64,000 nucleotides of DNA from Lingula anatina. Taxonomy: Eukaryota; Animalia; Brachiopoda. The notes under the pieces are model-generated. The model saw only the letters and a list, made by a program, of their open reading frames with translations, searched no databases and had not been told where the DNA came from. The stretch spans positions 12,684,644 to 12,748,643 of the forward strand of contig CM120643.1 in assembly GCA_051362555.1 (NCBI GenBank). The letters are read 5' to 3'. Every line of letters starts with the position of its first letter. Within the stretch, counting starts at the first letter, position 1. This document shows positions 25,901-37,722 of the stretch, piece by piece. A program made the translations under genes and the position numbers.

Positions 25901-26345
25901 TACATCCATGTGACTAGAAATTGGTACATAAAAAACCTATCGTAATTTTGGAGAAATCTATTTTTATTTATGTATATAATTATAACAATTAACTTATCTT
26001 ATTTAATATCATTTTAACTTATTACTACAATAAATTCTTCCCTTGTGCATTACTACAGTACGGGTGCCCATGTGACAGTGACAGTGGAAAGGGGGGGTTG
26101 CATACCTTTGACGTATCCTCTCCAGACCTTTCAGCTTCGTCCAGTCTACGTAGACGGCTGTCATAAAGCGTTCGAAATTCCGTTAAAAGTCCTTGCATGT
26201 GTCCACTGGTGCTACCAGGCCTTTGCCCCACTCGGGAAGTGGCACGCCGGTCAACACTTGTTGACATATGCGATGATCCATTCATGCTCTCCGTCAGTCT
26301 CCGACTTTGTCCGTTTGTAAAACTGCTAGCACCCCTATCTGCCAT
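328..26345 (-). CDS. Large multi-exon coiled-coil protein, 3' end outside the window; family uncertain (CCDC18/PMFBP1-like or golgin/myosin-tail-like are candidates)
   Basis: Exons with AG/GT boundaries and matching phase: 26345-26106, 24510-24361, 20691-20608, 20326-20195, 18230-18160, 17748-17613, 17095-16928, 16446-16300, 14024-13941, 12007-11924, 11448-11290, 10908-10846, 8154-8071, 6759-6676, 3673-3599, 2818-2588, 2259-2101, 1513-1367, 953-795, 411-328. The frame stays open throughout. Product is E/K/Q/R/L-rich with heptad pattern (e.g. LSEQNEVLVQTVEELEREANDRVAILESKLQK). Confidence 0.9.
948..1039. repeat. 46-bp tandem duplication spanning a splice acceptor
   Basis: cgacagctaaaatatac.catt.agaaaactaattaacaatatgac x2, 2 mismatches. 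Confidence 0.9.
3160..3570. repeat. Minisatellite, ~34-bp unit, ~12 copies
   Basis: Unit cacctcagcagtcacatctaacacaatcacagtt. Confidence 0.9.
5206..5274 (-). CDS. Candidate 69-nt cassette exon of the coiled-coil gene (NTVGQMEIDVLALRCKRSLTMLQ)
   Basis: Pyrimidine tract plus AAG acceptor, CAG|gttggt donor, phase 0-0, open frame. Confidence 0.5.
9735..9767 (-). CDS. Candidate 33-nt micro-exon of the coiled-coil gene (SLAESLTLTTQ)
   Basis: T-rich tract, ttgtag acceptor, CAG|gtaaat donor, phase 0-0, 11 codons. Confidence 0.6.
12590..12812 (+). mobile_element. Degenerate Helentron-associated (HINE/DINE-1-like) element, copy 1
   Basis: TTGTTGGTTTGTTTGTTAACAGC core, TAGATTTTGGTGGT, and 3' CTTAGCAGAGGT followed by a short GTGCTCTGTTAGTGC hairpin; related copy at 13615-13826. 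Confidence 0.55.
13020..13199. mobile_element. MITE with CAGGGATGTG termini carrying a (GT)n microsatellite (hAT-like ends), copy 1
   Basis: TIR CAGGGATGTGAT/ATCACATCCCTG; second copy at 50366-50506 in opposite orientation; no clean TSD. Confidence 0.7.
13615..13826 (+). mobile_element. Degenerate HINE/DINE-1-like element, copy 2
   Basis: Same ordered blocks as 12590-12812. Confidence 0.5.
14418..14678 (-). CDS. Probable alternative first coding exon of the coiled-coil gene (87 aa acidic, Ser/Thr-rich N-terminus MTEVEIPARK...KTTKKS)
   Basis: GC-rich ATG-initiated ORF ending at TCT|gtaagc in phase 0, compatible with exon 14024-13941. No in-phase acceptor just upstream of the ATG. Confidence 0.7.
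16841..16920. repeat. (CT)n microsatellite
   Basis: Direct reading. Confidence 0.95.
17317..17590. repeat. Minisatellite, 25-bp unit, ~11 copies
   Basis: Unit aacaacagtgaccactggtcaatat. Confidence 0.92.
19089..19335. mobile_element. Palindromic PIF/Harbinger-type MITE, copy 1
   Basis: Termini GGCTTCGTTCACATG...CATGTGAACGAAGCC; TAA target-site duplication; whole element is a near-perfect inverted repeat. Confidence 0.9.
19805..20225. repeat. Minisatellite, ~45-50-bp unit, overlapping an exon 3' end
   Basis: Unit aacctacctcccacccttaggttgtcctgataattcctgtgca; ~8 diverged copies. Confidence 0.85.
21402..21494 (-). CDS. Duplicated alternative exon, copy B (MYSHGILHPKATSTPKKVRWQDQVETGINGG)
   Basis: ATG to phase-0 donor GGG|gtaata; in-frame TAG five codons upstream of the ATG; 88/93 nt identical to copy A. 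Confidence 0.55.
21741..21833 (-). CDS. Duplicated alternative exon, copy A (MYSHGILHPKATSTPKKVRWQDQVETGIHEG)
   Basis: ATG to phase-0 donor GGG|gtaata, compatible with exon 20691-20608. The first 28 codons differ from copy B only at two synonymous sites. Confidence 0.6.
22050..22070 (-). CDS. Candidate 21-nt micro-exon of the coiled-coil gene (GSKNRQA)
   Basis: cacag acceptor, GCA|gtaagt donor, phase 0-0, 7 codons. Confidence 0.6.
23535..23688. mobile_element. MITE with ~32-bp TIRs
   Basis: GGGCTCCATAACTCGAAAGCATCGCAAATTGC versus the reverse complement of the right end, GGGCTCCGTAACTTGAAAACATCGCGAATTGC. Confidence 0.7.
23809..24053. mobile_element. Palindromic PIF/Harbinger-type MITE, copy 2
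   Basis: Same family as 19089-19335; TTA target-site duplication; ~120-bp arms almost perfectly complementary. Confidence 0.9.
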
Positions 26346-26879
26346 TTTCAGGCTTCTCAGGCAAAGCCAGTGATATATAGCTCACTGATTTCTATTCCGT
26401 TATTCTTTCCTTGCGCATTACCATCATTTAACACCAATAATCTGTATTATCATCACTGTTTTCATTCTACTTTCATTCGAGTTATAACGACGCCGCAGCA
26501 AGCAACTCGATTGGTTTACATAGTGGTCACATGACTTTTTACTACCTACGACCTTCACCTTGTACATTTACGTCTACTGTCAATGGGTACTTGGTAAACT
26601 TGTGCACGGGGCGAGCATAATCGTCAATGTCTTTGTGATTTTGGTCCGATATCGAGCACATCCAGTTCTGCCAGAAGCTTTAACGCATGATTTTTGTGTT
26701 ACTCTGTGCATATTTTATTTGAAGTGCACTGTGCTTAAAATAGACAAAATGTCAGTATACTGGGTATCAGTATTCGGTCACGACCTTGGCCCATATACGA
26801 GATGTTATAAATGAAAGTTCGTCTTTGCTTGTAAATTCTGAGCAGCAGTGGCATCTAGAGCCCGTTCTTCGTTACCATT
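26346..26879. promoter_or_regulatory. Divergent promoter region between the coiled-coil gene and the FMO
   Basis: Start codons point apart, 534 bp between them; local CpG enrichment; ATTGG and GTCACATGAC motifs near 26510-26535. Confidence 0.55.
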
Positions 26880-27221
26880 ATGTCTGTGGCTAAAGAAGTA
26901 ATCCGTGTTGCCGTGATAGGTGCCGGTGCCGCGGGCCTGGTGGCGTTACGCCATCTTAGTTCACAAACGGAGACGTTCCAGGCGTTTGGGTTCGAGCAGA
27001 CTGGAGTGGTAGGGGGGACATGGGTGTACAACGAGAATACGGGAAGCGATGAATACGGTCTTCCAATACACTCCAGTATGTACAGGGACCTAAGGTTTGT
27101 GACAACATGTCTGTTAAATGGTAAATTATGTGTCATTTAAATGTTGTTATAATTTTAATGTTTTTTTATCATTTGTTGATTTTTAAATCAACATTAAAAT
27201 TAAAATTAAATGTAATTAAAA

Positions 27222-27263
<42 letters not shown>

Positions 27264-29591
27264 TATGTTCAGTTATTTTCTTAATATGGCTCACCATTGA
27301 ACAAAATTTAAAAAAATTCTGAAACAGGGATATATAGACATTTTTATAAAGTTGGTTTTAAAATAAGTGCATGCAATTTTCTCTATCAGGACAAATCTTC
27401 CCAAGGAGGTGATGGCATTTCCTGATTTCCCATTTGAGAAAGATGGGCCTTCCTTTATCACTCATCAAGCTGTCAGAAAATACCTTGAGGATTACGCTGA
27501 ACACTTCAAATTGAAGCCTTTAATCAAGGTTTGTGTTGAGTTCACATAGCATTTTAAAACATATTTTTGTTTTTTATTTATGCTTTGTTTTACCTATTTG
27601 TTTTGTGTTCTGATAACATGAAGAAGTAGATATAAGGTAAAAAAAATGGATAATATCTAAAACTTCAAGCGTACATCACAAATCAGATTTTGCATTAACA
27701 TTCTGTTCAAACCTTAATGTCTTTATTTTATTTTCATAATAATATTTTAGTTTGAACAAAGTCGGCAGTCTTCACATGGTAAATGCAATTTAAGCTTAGG
27801 CTCTTTCACATCAAGTTGTACATTTTACTGGATCAGTCCACTTTGAGAGGTTCTAGCATGTAATTACACTTTTTTCTCCTTTACACAAGTTTTCCACAAG
27901 TTGACTTTTTTTTTTTCATTATGTAAATAAATGGGCTGGGTTTCGTTAGGTGAGTCTTTTAGTTAATTAAATAGGAAGGCTATTAAGGCCATTCTCTCTA
28001 AGAGGACCAGTCTAGTTGAGTGCACCACTCGGCATGAAAATGGACTTAATATACTGACCTTATAGATGATTATTATTTTTTAAAGTTTTTCACAGAAGTT
28101 GAGAGTGTAAAACCAGTTCAAGGTCAACACGGAGAGCAGGTATGGCAAATACAGTACAAGGACGTGAGAGTCAAGGACAGTTTAGTGGAAACATTGGAGA
28201 CAGATGCAGTTATTGTTTGTAATGGGTTTGTACTATAACGCATTTCAACATTTGATTAAGAAGTTAAAATTAAATTTTAACTGGTACTAAATTAAGTTAT
28301 TGTAACCAGTGTTTGAACATGTGTAGCTAAAATTTTGTCATTATGAGAACATTTGAGTCAGCCAGTGTTGAAAATTTTACTAGGATTTTCGATGTTAAGA
28401 TGTTATATTTAATTGCCCATTAAACACTTAATAGTTGGCTATACATTGGCCTGTATGCTGTATGGATTTGCATTGATCATTCCCTATATTTCAGTAGAGA
28501 GCTACAGTACACTGCACACCAGAATTATTGTGACAAGATTTTAATGCCTACACATGGCACCTTTTAATTCTTTTTGTTTTTTATTGGACAGGCATTATTC
28601 AGTCCCAGTTATTCCTGATTTTCCTGGGATGGAAAAGTTTAGTGGCCAAGTGTTGCACAGTCATGACTACAGGTATCCAGAGCCATTTAAAGATAAAGTG
28701 GTCTGCTGTTTGGGAGCAGGTGCTTCAGGGCAGGACATAATGTTAGAGTTGGCGAAGACTGCCAAACAGGTGCAGAACCTCATTATTCCCCCATTTTACA
28801 CGAGTAGATGTTTACAATGCATGTGAATGTGACAGAGAAGTCAGGATCACCAGAAAAAAACTTCAAGTTATTTTTTGGGGATGTGTGCAGCTCACATATA
28901 AGATAAGTGTAATTAAAGATTGTCTAACAAAGCTACTGCAAGTTTTAAAAATTTCTATCCTTTTTTTCAGGTTATTTTGAGTCACAACAAAGCTCCATTG
29001 AAGTCTGACTTGCCAGCAAATATACACCAAGCATCTGGGATTGACGCAATGACAGAGACTGGGGCAGTGATGAAAGATGGCGAAGAGTGTCATTTTGATG
29101 TTTTGATTTTGTGCACAGGATACCATTACACCTTCCCTTTCCTCTCCCCAGAATGCTCTCTTAACATTGAAGACGAACGCGTGATCCCCCTGTACAAACA
29201 CATCATCCACACCGAATGCCCGCGGCTGTCATTTATTGGAATCTGTAAACAAATCTGCCCCTTCCCACAATTCCACAACCAAGTGAAGTTTGTTCTTAAG
29301 ACTCTGGATGGCTCGCTGAAACTCCCCACAAAAGAGGAGATGGATGCTGATATAAAGCAGGATTTTGAATGGCGCCTGGGTCAGGGATTCCCCAAGCGCC
29401 ATGCTCACACTATGGGCCCCATGCAGTGGCAGTATAATGATGAGTTGGCTGATATTGGGCAGTTTGAACACATCCCCAAAGTTGTAGAGCAATTATATCA
29501 AGATGTACATAAAGTGCGAGTGACACAGCTGCAACATTACAAAAACTGCAGTTACAGATTGACCGGACCTGATTCTTATATAGAAGTCTAA
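26880..29591 (+). CDS. Flavin-containing monooxygenase (short ~430 aa type; insect FMO / FMO GS-OX-like)
   Basis: Exons 26880-27094, 27390-27528, 28086-28225, 28592-28769, 28971-29591. Motifs: GAGAAG (FAD), GGTW, SSMY..LRTNLPKEVM, FSGQVLHSHDY (FMO identifier), GAGASG (NADPH), CTGY. Confidence 0.96.
27223..27261. repeat. (CA)n microsatellite
   Basis: Direct reading. Confidence 0.95.
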
Positions 29592-30712
29592 TCAAAAGGT
29601 TACTCATAATACAGCTCAATGCATCCCAAACAATCACTGATAATTATTAGGTAGGATAAGACTAAAAATAAATAAATAAGCAACTAAATAAATAAGGGAT
29701 ATTCTCATAAGTGCCAAAAGTAATGTTTTGAATCATTTGAAAAAAATTAAAATGGAATGTTTTTACTTAAAATCTGTGTTTTTTTAATTTATATTTTAAT
29801 CCTGATGATTTCTTATAAGGACAGTGAATTATGGTGTGAGTTATTAAATTGAATGGAAACACAACAGTTGGTAAAGTTGAATGCATCAAAAGAAAAATGA
29901 TAATTTCAGTATATAATAAATGAAATGATATTTAAATAAATGAATAAAATTAACAAATGAAGTTGACATAAGTGCCAATGAAAATATTTTGAATCTACTT
30001 TAAAATGAAAATTTGAAAGTGGAATGGTTTGTATTCTAATTTTGTGTTGATTTTTATTTTTTGAATGATATTTTACTGACAATTAAAAGACATAGTATAT
30101 AAATAATTTTAACAAATAGCTATATCAAGGTATGCAATTATAATGTTATGTAAATCTTTATATGAGAAGGGTTAACAATGTTATGTCATGACTTTTTGCA
30201 GTTCGCAAGGAAGAAGTTGAGTGGTGTGATGGGAAAATGTGATTTTTTTTCAAAGTCCAATTAAGTTGTATCCTAAATATAAATGGATGTTCAGATTATT
30301 ACTTTTTAATGGGATAGTAATTTTTTTTTTAATTTACAGGTGTGTGTTTTTACAAGCTGATTGATATTAGCATAGGGTGTGCCAAATAATAATTTTTTAA
30401 AATCTAAAATTCTTACAAGTATATTAATTCTTTACAGTGTTAAATTATTAAATTATTTAAGACGAGATATAAACAGTGCTTACAGATGGTAAGTAAAAGG
30501 GCACATTGAAAATTACATGTACATTTTTAATTTATACATAAAAGAACTTCACCTATTAAATTACCATTACAAAAAATATATAATTATGGTGTTAATTCAA
30601 TCAATTGATTTTAATGTGTTCGATAGTTATTTATTGTAAATATTCATGTTTGCTTTAGATTAATGAATGATGTTCATGCACTAGTATCTTTATAGGTCAG
30701 CTAAGCTATATG

Positions 30713-30847
30713 TACCCTCTACCAGGTTGGCAGATATTATGTAGGCAAATTTCAAAAAGCCAGAGAATCTAATGACTGTCTATTTATCTTAAGACATAAC
30801 TTAATATCTTGTGAAAAATCAATCTGCCGCCCTGGTATAGAGGGTAG
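30713..30847. mobile_element. Small MITE-like inverted repeat element
   Basis: TACCCTCTACCAGGTTGGCAGAT ... ATCTGCCGCCCTGGTATAGAGGGTA. Confidence 0.6.
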
Positions 30848-31199
30848 GCTATGTGGAGGTATGCACTGATTAAGTTCCTCGGCTACTGCAATATGACATT
30901 TAAAAATAAAAAAAGAAAAGGTTTCATTCACTTAAGTTATAGTTAGATAATTGATTGGTTACCAAAAATTTTTCAACTTGTACAGTACTGTTAATCAACG
31001 GGACATAGAGATAGACTAAATGTCAATAAAAAATCAATTTGAGGAAGTGTAGAAAAAGGTGTTAGTACACTTTTTTATTTTCACATATTATCATTTAAAA
31101 TAATTTAAAAATGCCAACGTTAAAAAGAGTAATTCTTGTTTTCACGAAATAAAATAAAATCGCCGTCGTTCACGCATTGAAGGACCCCTGCCATCACAC

Positions 31200-31378
31200 A
31201 AACTGCATTCCATATGTAAACAAAATCAGCTGACGACGTTTGGGTCGCATTACAAGGTCACCGTGTCCTTGAAATTTGATTGGCCAGTAATGACATCATT
31301 AAACAAAACTGTATTTTCATTGGACGTCGACAAGGTGTCACGTGCACCTGTCCTCAATAACAACAAACAAGATGGCTG
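31200..31378 (+). promoter_or_regulatory. CYHR1 proximal promoter
   Basis: CpG-rich. ATTGG (CCAAT) 31279-31283, CRE-like TGACATCA 31291-31298, E-box CACGTG 31339-31344, YY1 CAAGATGGC overlapping the ATG. Confidence 0.55.
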
Positions 31379-34300
31379 AGGTGGCAGGCCCATCGCTGGA
31401 AGTCCGCGACGAAAATCAAGCGATCGCAGACGAAGATCGAGAAAATATTGAACCTGAGAAGAAAAAAGCAAAGACAGAAAAAGGAGGGAAGCATTTACCT
31501 TACAACTTGGAGGAAAGACTAAATGGTATTCTTTGTTGCACCGTTTGTTTGGACCTACCAAGGTCGGCAGTGTATCAGGTACGTGCACGCTTTAAACAGC
31601 TGGGCATTTGTTTACAGAAATTATTTTTGAGATCGCAAGAATGTGACAGAGATGTGGACTTATTATTTGTTACATTTGTAAATATAGACCCAGACAATTT
31701 ATTGCACCAAAAGTAGACGCGCTTGGCCGTATTTTTTTCATTAAATTAGGAACTGAAATTTGGGGATCATTCTTCACACTTGGCTGATTTGGCACACGAA
31801 CAGTAGAGATACTCCCCCTTTCATTTCTGTTGCACTTATGACAGTCTTTTATGATCTAAATTATTTTTATACACAATTAAAAGTACCAAACACGCAGAAA
31901 TATGATCGATCATATTTCTGTATCCACATTTACCCCACCTAAATGACCTAATAAAGGAATCACGTGACCGGTGATGATATGTCTGGAACGCTGCCAGCAG
32001 TATGTATGGAGTTAATGTATTCGTAGGAAGGCATGCGGAACGGTCATGATGAAATATGACTCTTGCATTTCATGTTCAACAACATATTTTCTCATATTAA
32101 AAGACACATAGATGATTTGATTATGCATGAAGACATGCCAAAATAAGATTAAATGAAAAAAAGTTTATGTTAAATATACAGTAGAAGTATATTTTTGAAT
32201 AAAAAAATTGAAATTAATGCAATAAAGCAAACATGAATAGCAATATGAATTGATAAGGTGCTTATATCTCCCCCACTTTATTTCAGTGCATCAATGGACA
32301 CCTGATGTGTGCTGGATGTTTCTCACACCTGCTGGCTGATGCACGCTTAAAGGACGAGACGGCTACGTGCCCCAACTGTCGCTGTGAGATCAGTAAAACG
32401 CATTGCTCCAGGAACCTCGCTGTTGAGAAAGCCGTGTGCGAGCTGCCATCTGAGTGTCAATACTGCGCTAAGCAGTTGCCACGGTGTAAATTGGAACAGC
32501 ATGAGTCGGAGCTGTGCATAGAGAGGTACTACATTGGTGTTCTATCTCCTGATCCCCCATGGCAACTGTTGCCATGGTGATACTGTGTGCACTAGGTTTG
32601 GCCACCCAGTGTGGCCCACTAACTCACAGCATTCTCTTTTGTAGGGATAAACACTTTCCCCTTTCACTCAAAAACAATTTGTTTTTAAAATAGCTTTTCA
32701 CCTCAATACTACGGTCTGTAATGGACGTGTATGACGCTGCGGGCCCGTCTCATTGGTTTCCATGGTTACTGTTGGACGTCACCATTGCAGCGCACTCTGG
32801 CATTTTGGTTGTGGTCTTGAGTGTGGTGCGTTGGTAGTCAGCGACTCTGGCATCATATGGAAGGGTAGGTCTAATGTGTTTTTTACTCCCCATTCCCACT
32901 TTCTGATGGCCTTTCATTTACATCTTTTCAACCGATGGACACGGACAGTAGGCTCCAAACTTTTTCCTCCATTCTCCCCGTGCTCCCAGTTGGTTCATTT
33001 TTGTCACACATGCAAACGACTTTGTGCTCCACACCCAACTGTCTTTAAATATACTTTTGTTTTTCAGGGTGGGTGATACTTATAGTGAGTATAAGTGCCC
33101 CAGCTGTGTTGTATATATGTATATATAGTTGCATACTCATTTGCATACAGTTACCATATATAGTGGCCTATGCTAATGTGAGGAGCACCAAGGAAGTCAG
33201 TGATTTAGATAATAATGAACGACTGGGAGACCACAGGAGCAGACAAATTTGAAAACAAAAAAGTATATCAAATGCTCAAAAGAAAAATGCTTTGTAGATA
33301 TATATATTTAAATAGCAGTGTTTCTTTGTATGAAATTATAATTTTTTCATATTAATTGCTTTACATGACAATAAATTTGGTGTTTCAGCAGTATTAAATC
33401 ATATGGTTGACACTGATTGAGAATGAAAATGTAGTCAAGAAGACCTTGTAAACAGCTTACAACTGAACATGCTATGAAAATAGAAGAGGTTCCTAAACCA
33501 AACTCTTAATTTTCTGTTTAAATTAACCTGGGAAGATTGAGATCATCCATACCCCTGAAAACATGGCTGATTTTTAAACATGCACACATACATGAATATA
33601 TATGATTTTACCAAACCTCTTGAATTAAAATCTAATCTGGTTTTCTTTCTTTATTTCTACTATTGTAGAATAACAGCTTGCAAATACCTCCGTATTGGAT
33701 GCCCATGGAAAGGGCCCTTTCACGAGCTGTTTTTGCACGAACAATCTTGCCTCCATCCAAAAAAAAGTGGAGATGAAATAATGGAGGCACTAAAACAGAT
33801 TGATGAGAGTCGAGCTAGGGAGACCATGCTCTTTGACAGCATATTTAATTTGTTGTCTTTTGAGAAAATCACCTTCAGTGGTAAGACGATGGTGATTACT
33901 GCAGTAAAGATTCTTCCAGTAACATCTTAAATTCTGGTACCTGTTTTGTGAAATCATTTTGTGGTTCATGTGTGATTTTGCGATAATTCATTTTAAAGCT
34001 TTTCATTAAAATCTAATTTTCAAGTTGTGCCATTTTTACAGTTACAAAAAATGCTTGACCATGAATAGTTGTCTCTATATTTTCCTTAATGACTGTTATG
34101 GTAACTGAAGTATTTGTCCAGAAGCTCTGCTGGACCTGTGTAAAGTATTGCCATGCTCTGATTGTATTTCTAGATTTGCAGCTCCGACCATACCGCACAG
34201 ATGACTTCATCACAAAGCTTTTCTATGAGACCAGCCGCTTCACTGCATTCAACCTACAGTGGGTGATAAAAGCACGTGTCAATGACGACATAAAGAACCC

Positions 34301-34565
34301 GCATCAAACTATGCGCCGCATGCTCAGCTATCAGCTCGTGCTGAAGAGTAAAATCCAGGCACCCATTGACATGTACTTCATAGCACTTCAGGGACCATAT
34401 GGTGAGACTAAAGTCAGACCCATCATATACCGCCACGAGTTTTCCGACGACTCTCCCGAGACTGACTATCACATTCTTCCCGTGATAAACTCTATGGAGT
34501 GCAACAAAATGCTGGCAGCAAAAACTGTTAATGTCAGACTCATTCTTTTTCAGGTCCAAAAGTAA
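31372..34565 (+). CDS. CYHR1: Cysteine and histidine-rich protein 1 / zinc finger TRAF-type-containing protein 1
   Basis: Exons 31372-31578, 32287-32525, 33669-33880, 34174-34565. RING-like [53 protein letters not shown], and [23 protein letters not shown] are characteristic of CYHR1. Confidence 0.95.
32645..32864 (+). other. Candidate poison exon in CYHR1 intron 2
   Basis: Branch point CACTAAC 32617-32623; ttctcttttgtag acceptor; in-frame TAG at 32691; donor AGG|gtaggt. Confidence 0.5.
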
Positions 34566-36808
34566 TTCGAAGTTGACAATGCGCAGAGAGTGAAAAAGAG
34601 ACATTGTAGATCAGATTTGCTCTGAAAATGGGGCCCATAAAAACGTTTGCGTCATGTAGATCAAAGGTTCTCTTACAGGTTATGAATTAGGTGCATGCAT
34701 AGAGAGAAAACTGTCAAAAAACAGGGAAAGAATTTTAAAGAACTTTAACTTATTAAGCAGTCACAGTTAAGTTGCCATGATGATGTCACTTTTATTAATC
34801 TGTCACCTTAAATTATGCTTGCCTTTCAGGTTGATACTGTCCCTGCTTTCTGAGGTGTGATGTAGAATCAATCTGAATACCCACACCTGCCGAGATATCA
34901 TTTTTTATACAAAATCCACCTAAATTACAACATCTCTATATTTACAACTACTGGATAATCAGGTTCCATTAATTTTTTTCTCCAAAATTCAATTATGGTT
35001 AATGATTTCAAATATACACCCTTTTAAATTGGTTTTGACAGTGTTTTTAGATTTTTTCAAGTGTCAAAATTTTGCCATCCCATCAATTGAAAACACTGTA
35101 TTTAAATCCCTTTTCTGCGTAAATTTTCAATTCTAAGCTGCCTTACTGTCTGTTGTTTTGTTGTTGTTTTTTTAGAGCCCAAAAATCTCATCTTGTATTT
35201 TGATGCTTATTACACCTGACTGGGTTTAGGCATATCCAAATCATACCTAACTCTTTACAAAACCTTCACAGCATTTATTCACAGTTTGCCCATTAATCTG
35301 TAAAATGAATACTTTTCTCCCCAAGGATCTGAGTTTGCTGTCAGGTAAAGGTGAAAGTCACCTGTGTGAAGAATGTCTGTGTGGAATATTTCAGAATATA
35401 TTATTGTGTGCCTCGTTTTGCTTTTGTTAACTAGAGAATTGTTTGTGGTGCATGTTTTTCAGTGGTGAAAGAGTGAGGGGTTGGAGAGGGGGGGTGTTAT
35501 TGTCACTTAATTGTCTGCTTTAGGGTTGAACACAAAAGAAATTGATATCATTAAACAAATTCAGCTAAATTGTATAACTTGTGTTTTATTTTTATTGTAA
35601 ATTTTTTTTCTCATTTTTGCATTGTTTTTAAGTTTTTAGTTTTCCCCCATATCTAGGTAATTTCCCATTTTTGCCATAATCTAGGTCATTAGGTTGGAAA
35701 CGTAAAAAAAATTAAACCCCTAACACAACTTCCTAGAATCTGATACAGACTTGACAAAATCTATTTGAATTCTGTAAATTGGGGTCTTCTATGAAAACAG
35801 GAAAGACCTCCCAACCTGCCTTATATCGCTTGTAGCTCTCTTCTGAATTATAACATTGAACATTTAAATACCTAGTGGACTCTTATAGTACTTTTGTCAT
35901 TTAGGCATTTTCCCCTTTAACTGTAGTATGGTGCCTCTTCATGTTTTAGTTTGTTGCTTTCACATCTTGTTACTGGAATGAGTGTAGGATTGTGGAAATG
36001 TTTTAAATACCTCATGTGCTTGGTTTAAATGTTCAGAAATGATAGAAGTATATTTCACTGTATCTTAACATTTTAAGTCTTCTGCTGCAAGTGGGTCGTT
36101 TTGGATAAAGCAGAAATGGTGCTGTTATGTTTTATTTGTTGTTAGATTTTGATGTGGAGAGTTTGAAGGCTGTAAGATTCACATACTGGCATGATGTGGA
36201 TGCTTGTTATATGTTGTACAGAATGATGTTCAATAGTGTGAGATGTCAAAATGCACAGTGGTTTTTCATTACCATTATTTCCTGGAGGGATGACTATGGA
36301 TGAAAGAAAGGGGAAAGTATTGTTTTCTGTATGTTTTGTAAATGTCGAGGAAAAAAAGGCCAGAAATAATGCAGTCTTCCTTCATTTTTTTCTTGGTTTT
36401 GTAGTAGTTGTGCCATGTGTGGATGCTGATAAGAAAAGGATGCAAGGTAACCGAAAATGTAGAGACTTGAGATTTGATTGAGTCTTTAATAGCCTCTATG
36501 AGTAATTGGAATATTTTTCCTTCGGTGTAACAATTGCTTAATAATCCCATCAGTAATTCCAGTTTTGCCCTCTGCCTCATGGGTTAAACTTGGTATGAGT
36601 ATCTGAGAGAATATAGCTCTAATAAATAACCCATGGCCACAGCATATACAGAAAAAGAGTTGGTACTGGTAAAACAAGATTCAGGGATGTCATACAGTAT
36701 TTCTTGATGGCCAGTATTTTTATTCTGGTGTAAATACACAGCCTTTTTATGGCCACAGAAGGTGCATTTATTTTCAGGTCTTTTGATTTTGATCTGTACA
36801 TAAATGAC

Positions 36809-36944
36809 CCCCGAGTTTCAGAAGGTTGATGTGAACTTGATTTCTCTATGGAAATTATCCCAGTAAACCTCTATATGTAAATGAGCACATATTGGGATGT
36901 CTTGATTGAGAGATTAGTCAAATTCAGTGCTTTGAAACTCGGGG
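36809..36944. mobile_element. Small MITE-like element in the presumed CYHR1 3' UTR
   Basis: Perfect 12-bp inverted termini CCCCGAGTTTCA/TGAAACTCGGGG; no clear TSD. Confidence 0.5.
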
Positions 36945-37402
36945 TATCAAGTGGTGAGTGAAAATTGTGAGAAATTAGGACGTTCACGTTTATATTTCTA
37001 GTCCAAGTCTTGGCTAATATTTTATCAGACTTAAGGTTTTTTAAGATCTTAATGCTGTCTAAGTTGTCAAAAACTCAGATGCAACATAGATTTGGTTTTT
37101 ATTACCTAACTTTTGTGACATATTTTGTCATAACCGAAAAAAAAAAAAACGTTCAGAAACCTATACTATCTGTAATCTTGCCAACTTCAGCATTGCTAAT
37201 ATTGCAAGTTTGTAATTAGATGCCATACTAGTTAAAACAGCCTTATAGTGAAGCTATCTTATTTATTATGTCAATATGATCAGTGATGCACAAGTCGTGA
37301 AAACCAATAAAGTAAAGAGTAGTATACCATTTGCAAATGCGTTTGTAGTTCAGATCACATCTAGACAATCAGTTTTTGATGTCTAGGAATACTGGGACTT
37401 AA

Positions 37403-37722
37403 AGGGATAATAACTCTTCGTATGACATCTATATTTCACAATAAAAACATTGTAAACAACTCAAAGAAATATAATATATTCTGTTTTACCACAAAAATGG
37501 CAGCCATAGTTATTATTCTGATATCTGAGCTTGTCATCGGACCACGCAACCTCTATAGATGGCTATATTCTCTAATATCTTAAGACTATTAAAAAAAAAC
37601 TTTTTAGAAAAAAAAACAGGGACTAAGAAATGTAGAAATGGATTCATTTACCATTGGTAGGTATGGGAAAATTGTTTACTTCATTGTTTACTTTTTGGCC
37701 AAAACGATCAGTTATTATCCCT
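37403..37722. mobile_element. Non-autonomous Kolobok-like DNA transposon, copy 1
   Basis: TTAA duplication on both sides; TIR AGGGATAATAACT/AGTTATTATCCCT (RR...YY termini); homologous to 51428-51753 in opposite orientation. Confidence 0.85.

Noticed and set aside
35521-35722. Possible hAT-like MITE (TAGGGTT...AACCCCTA)
   Set aside because: Termini short and imperfect, no TSD, single copy in the window.
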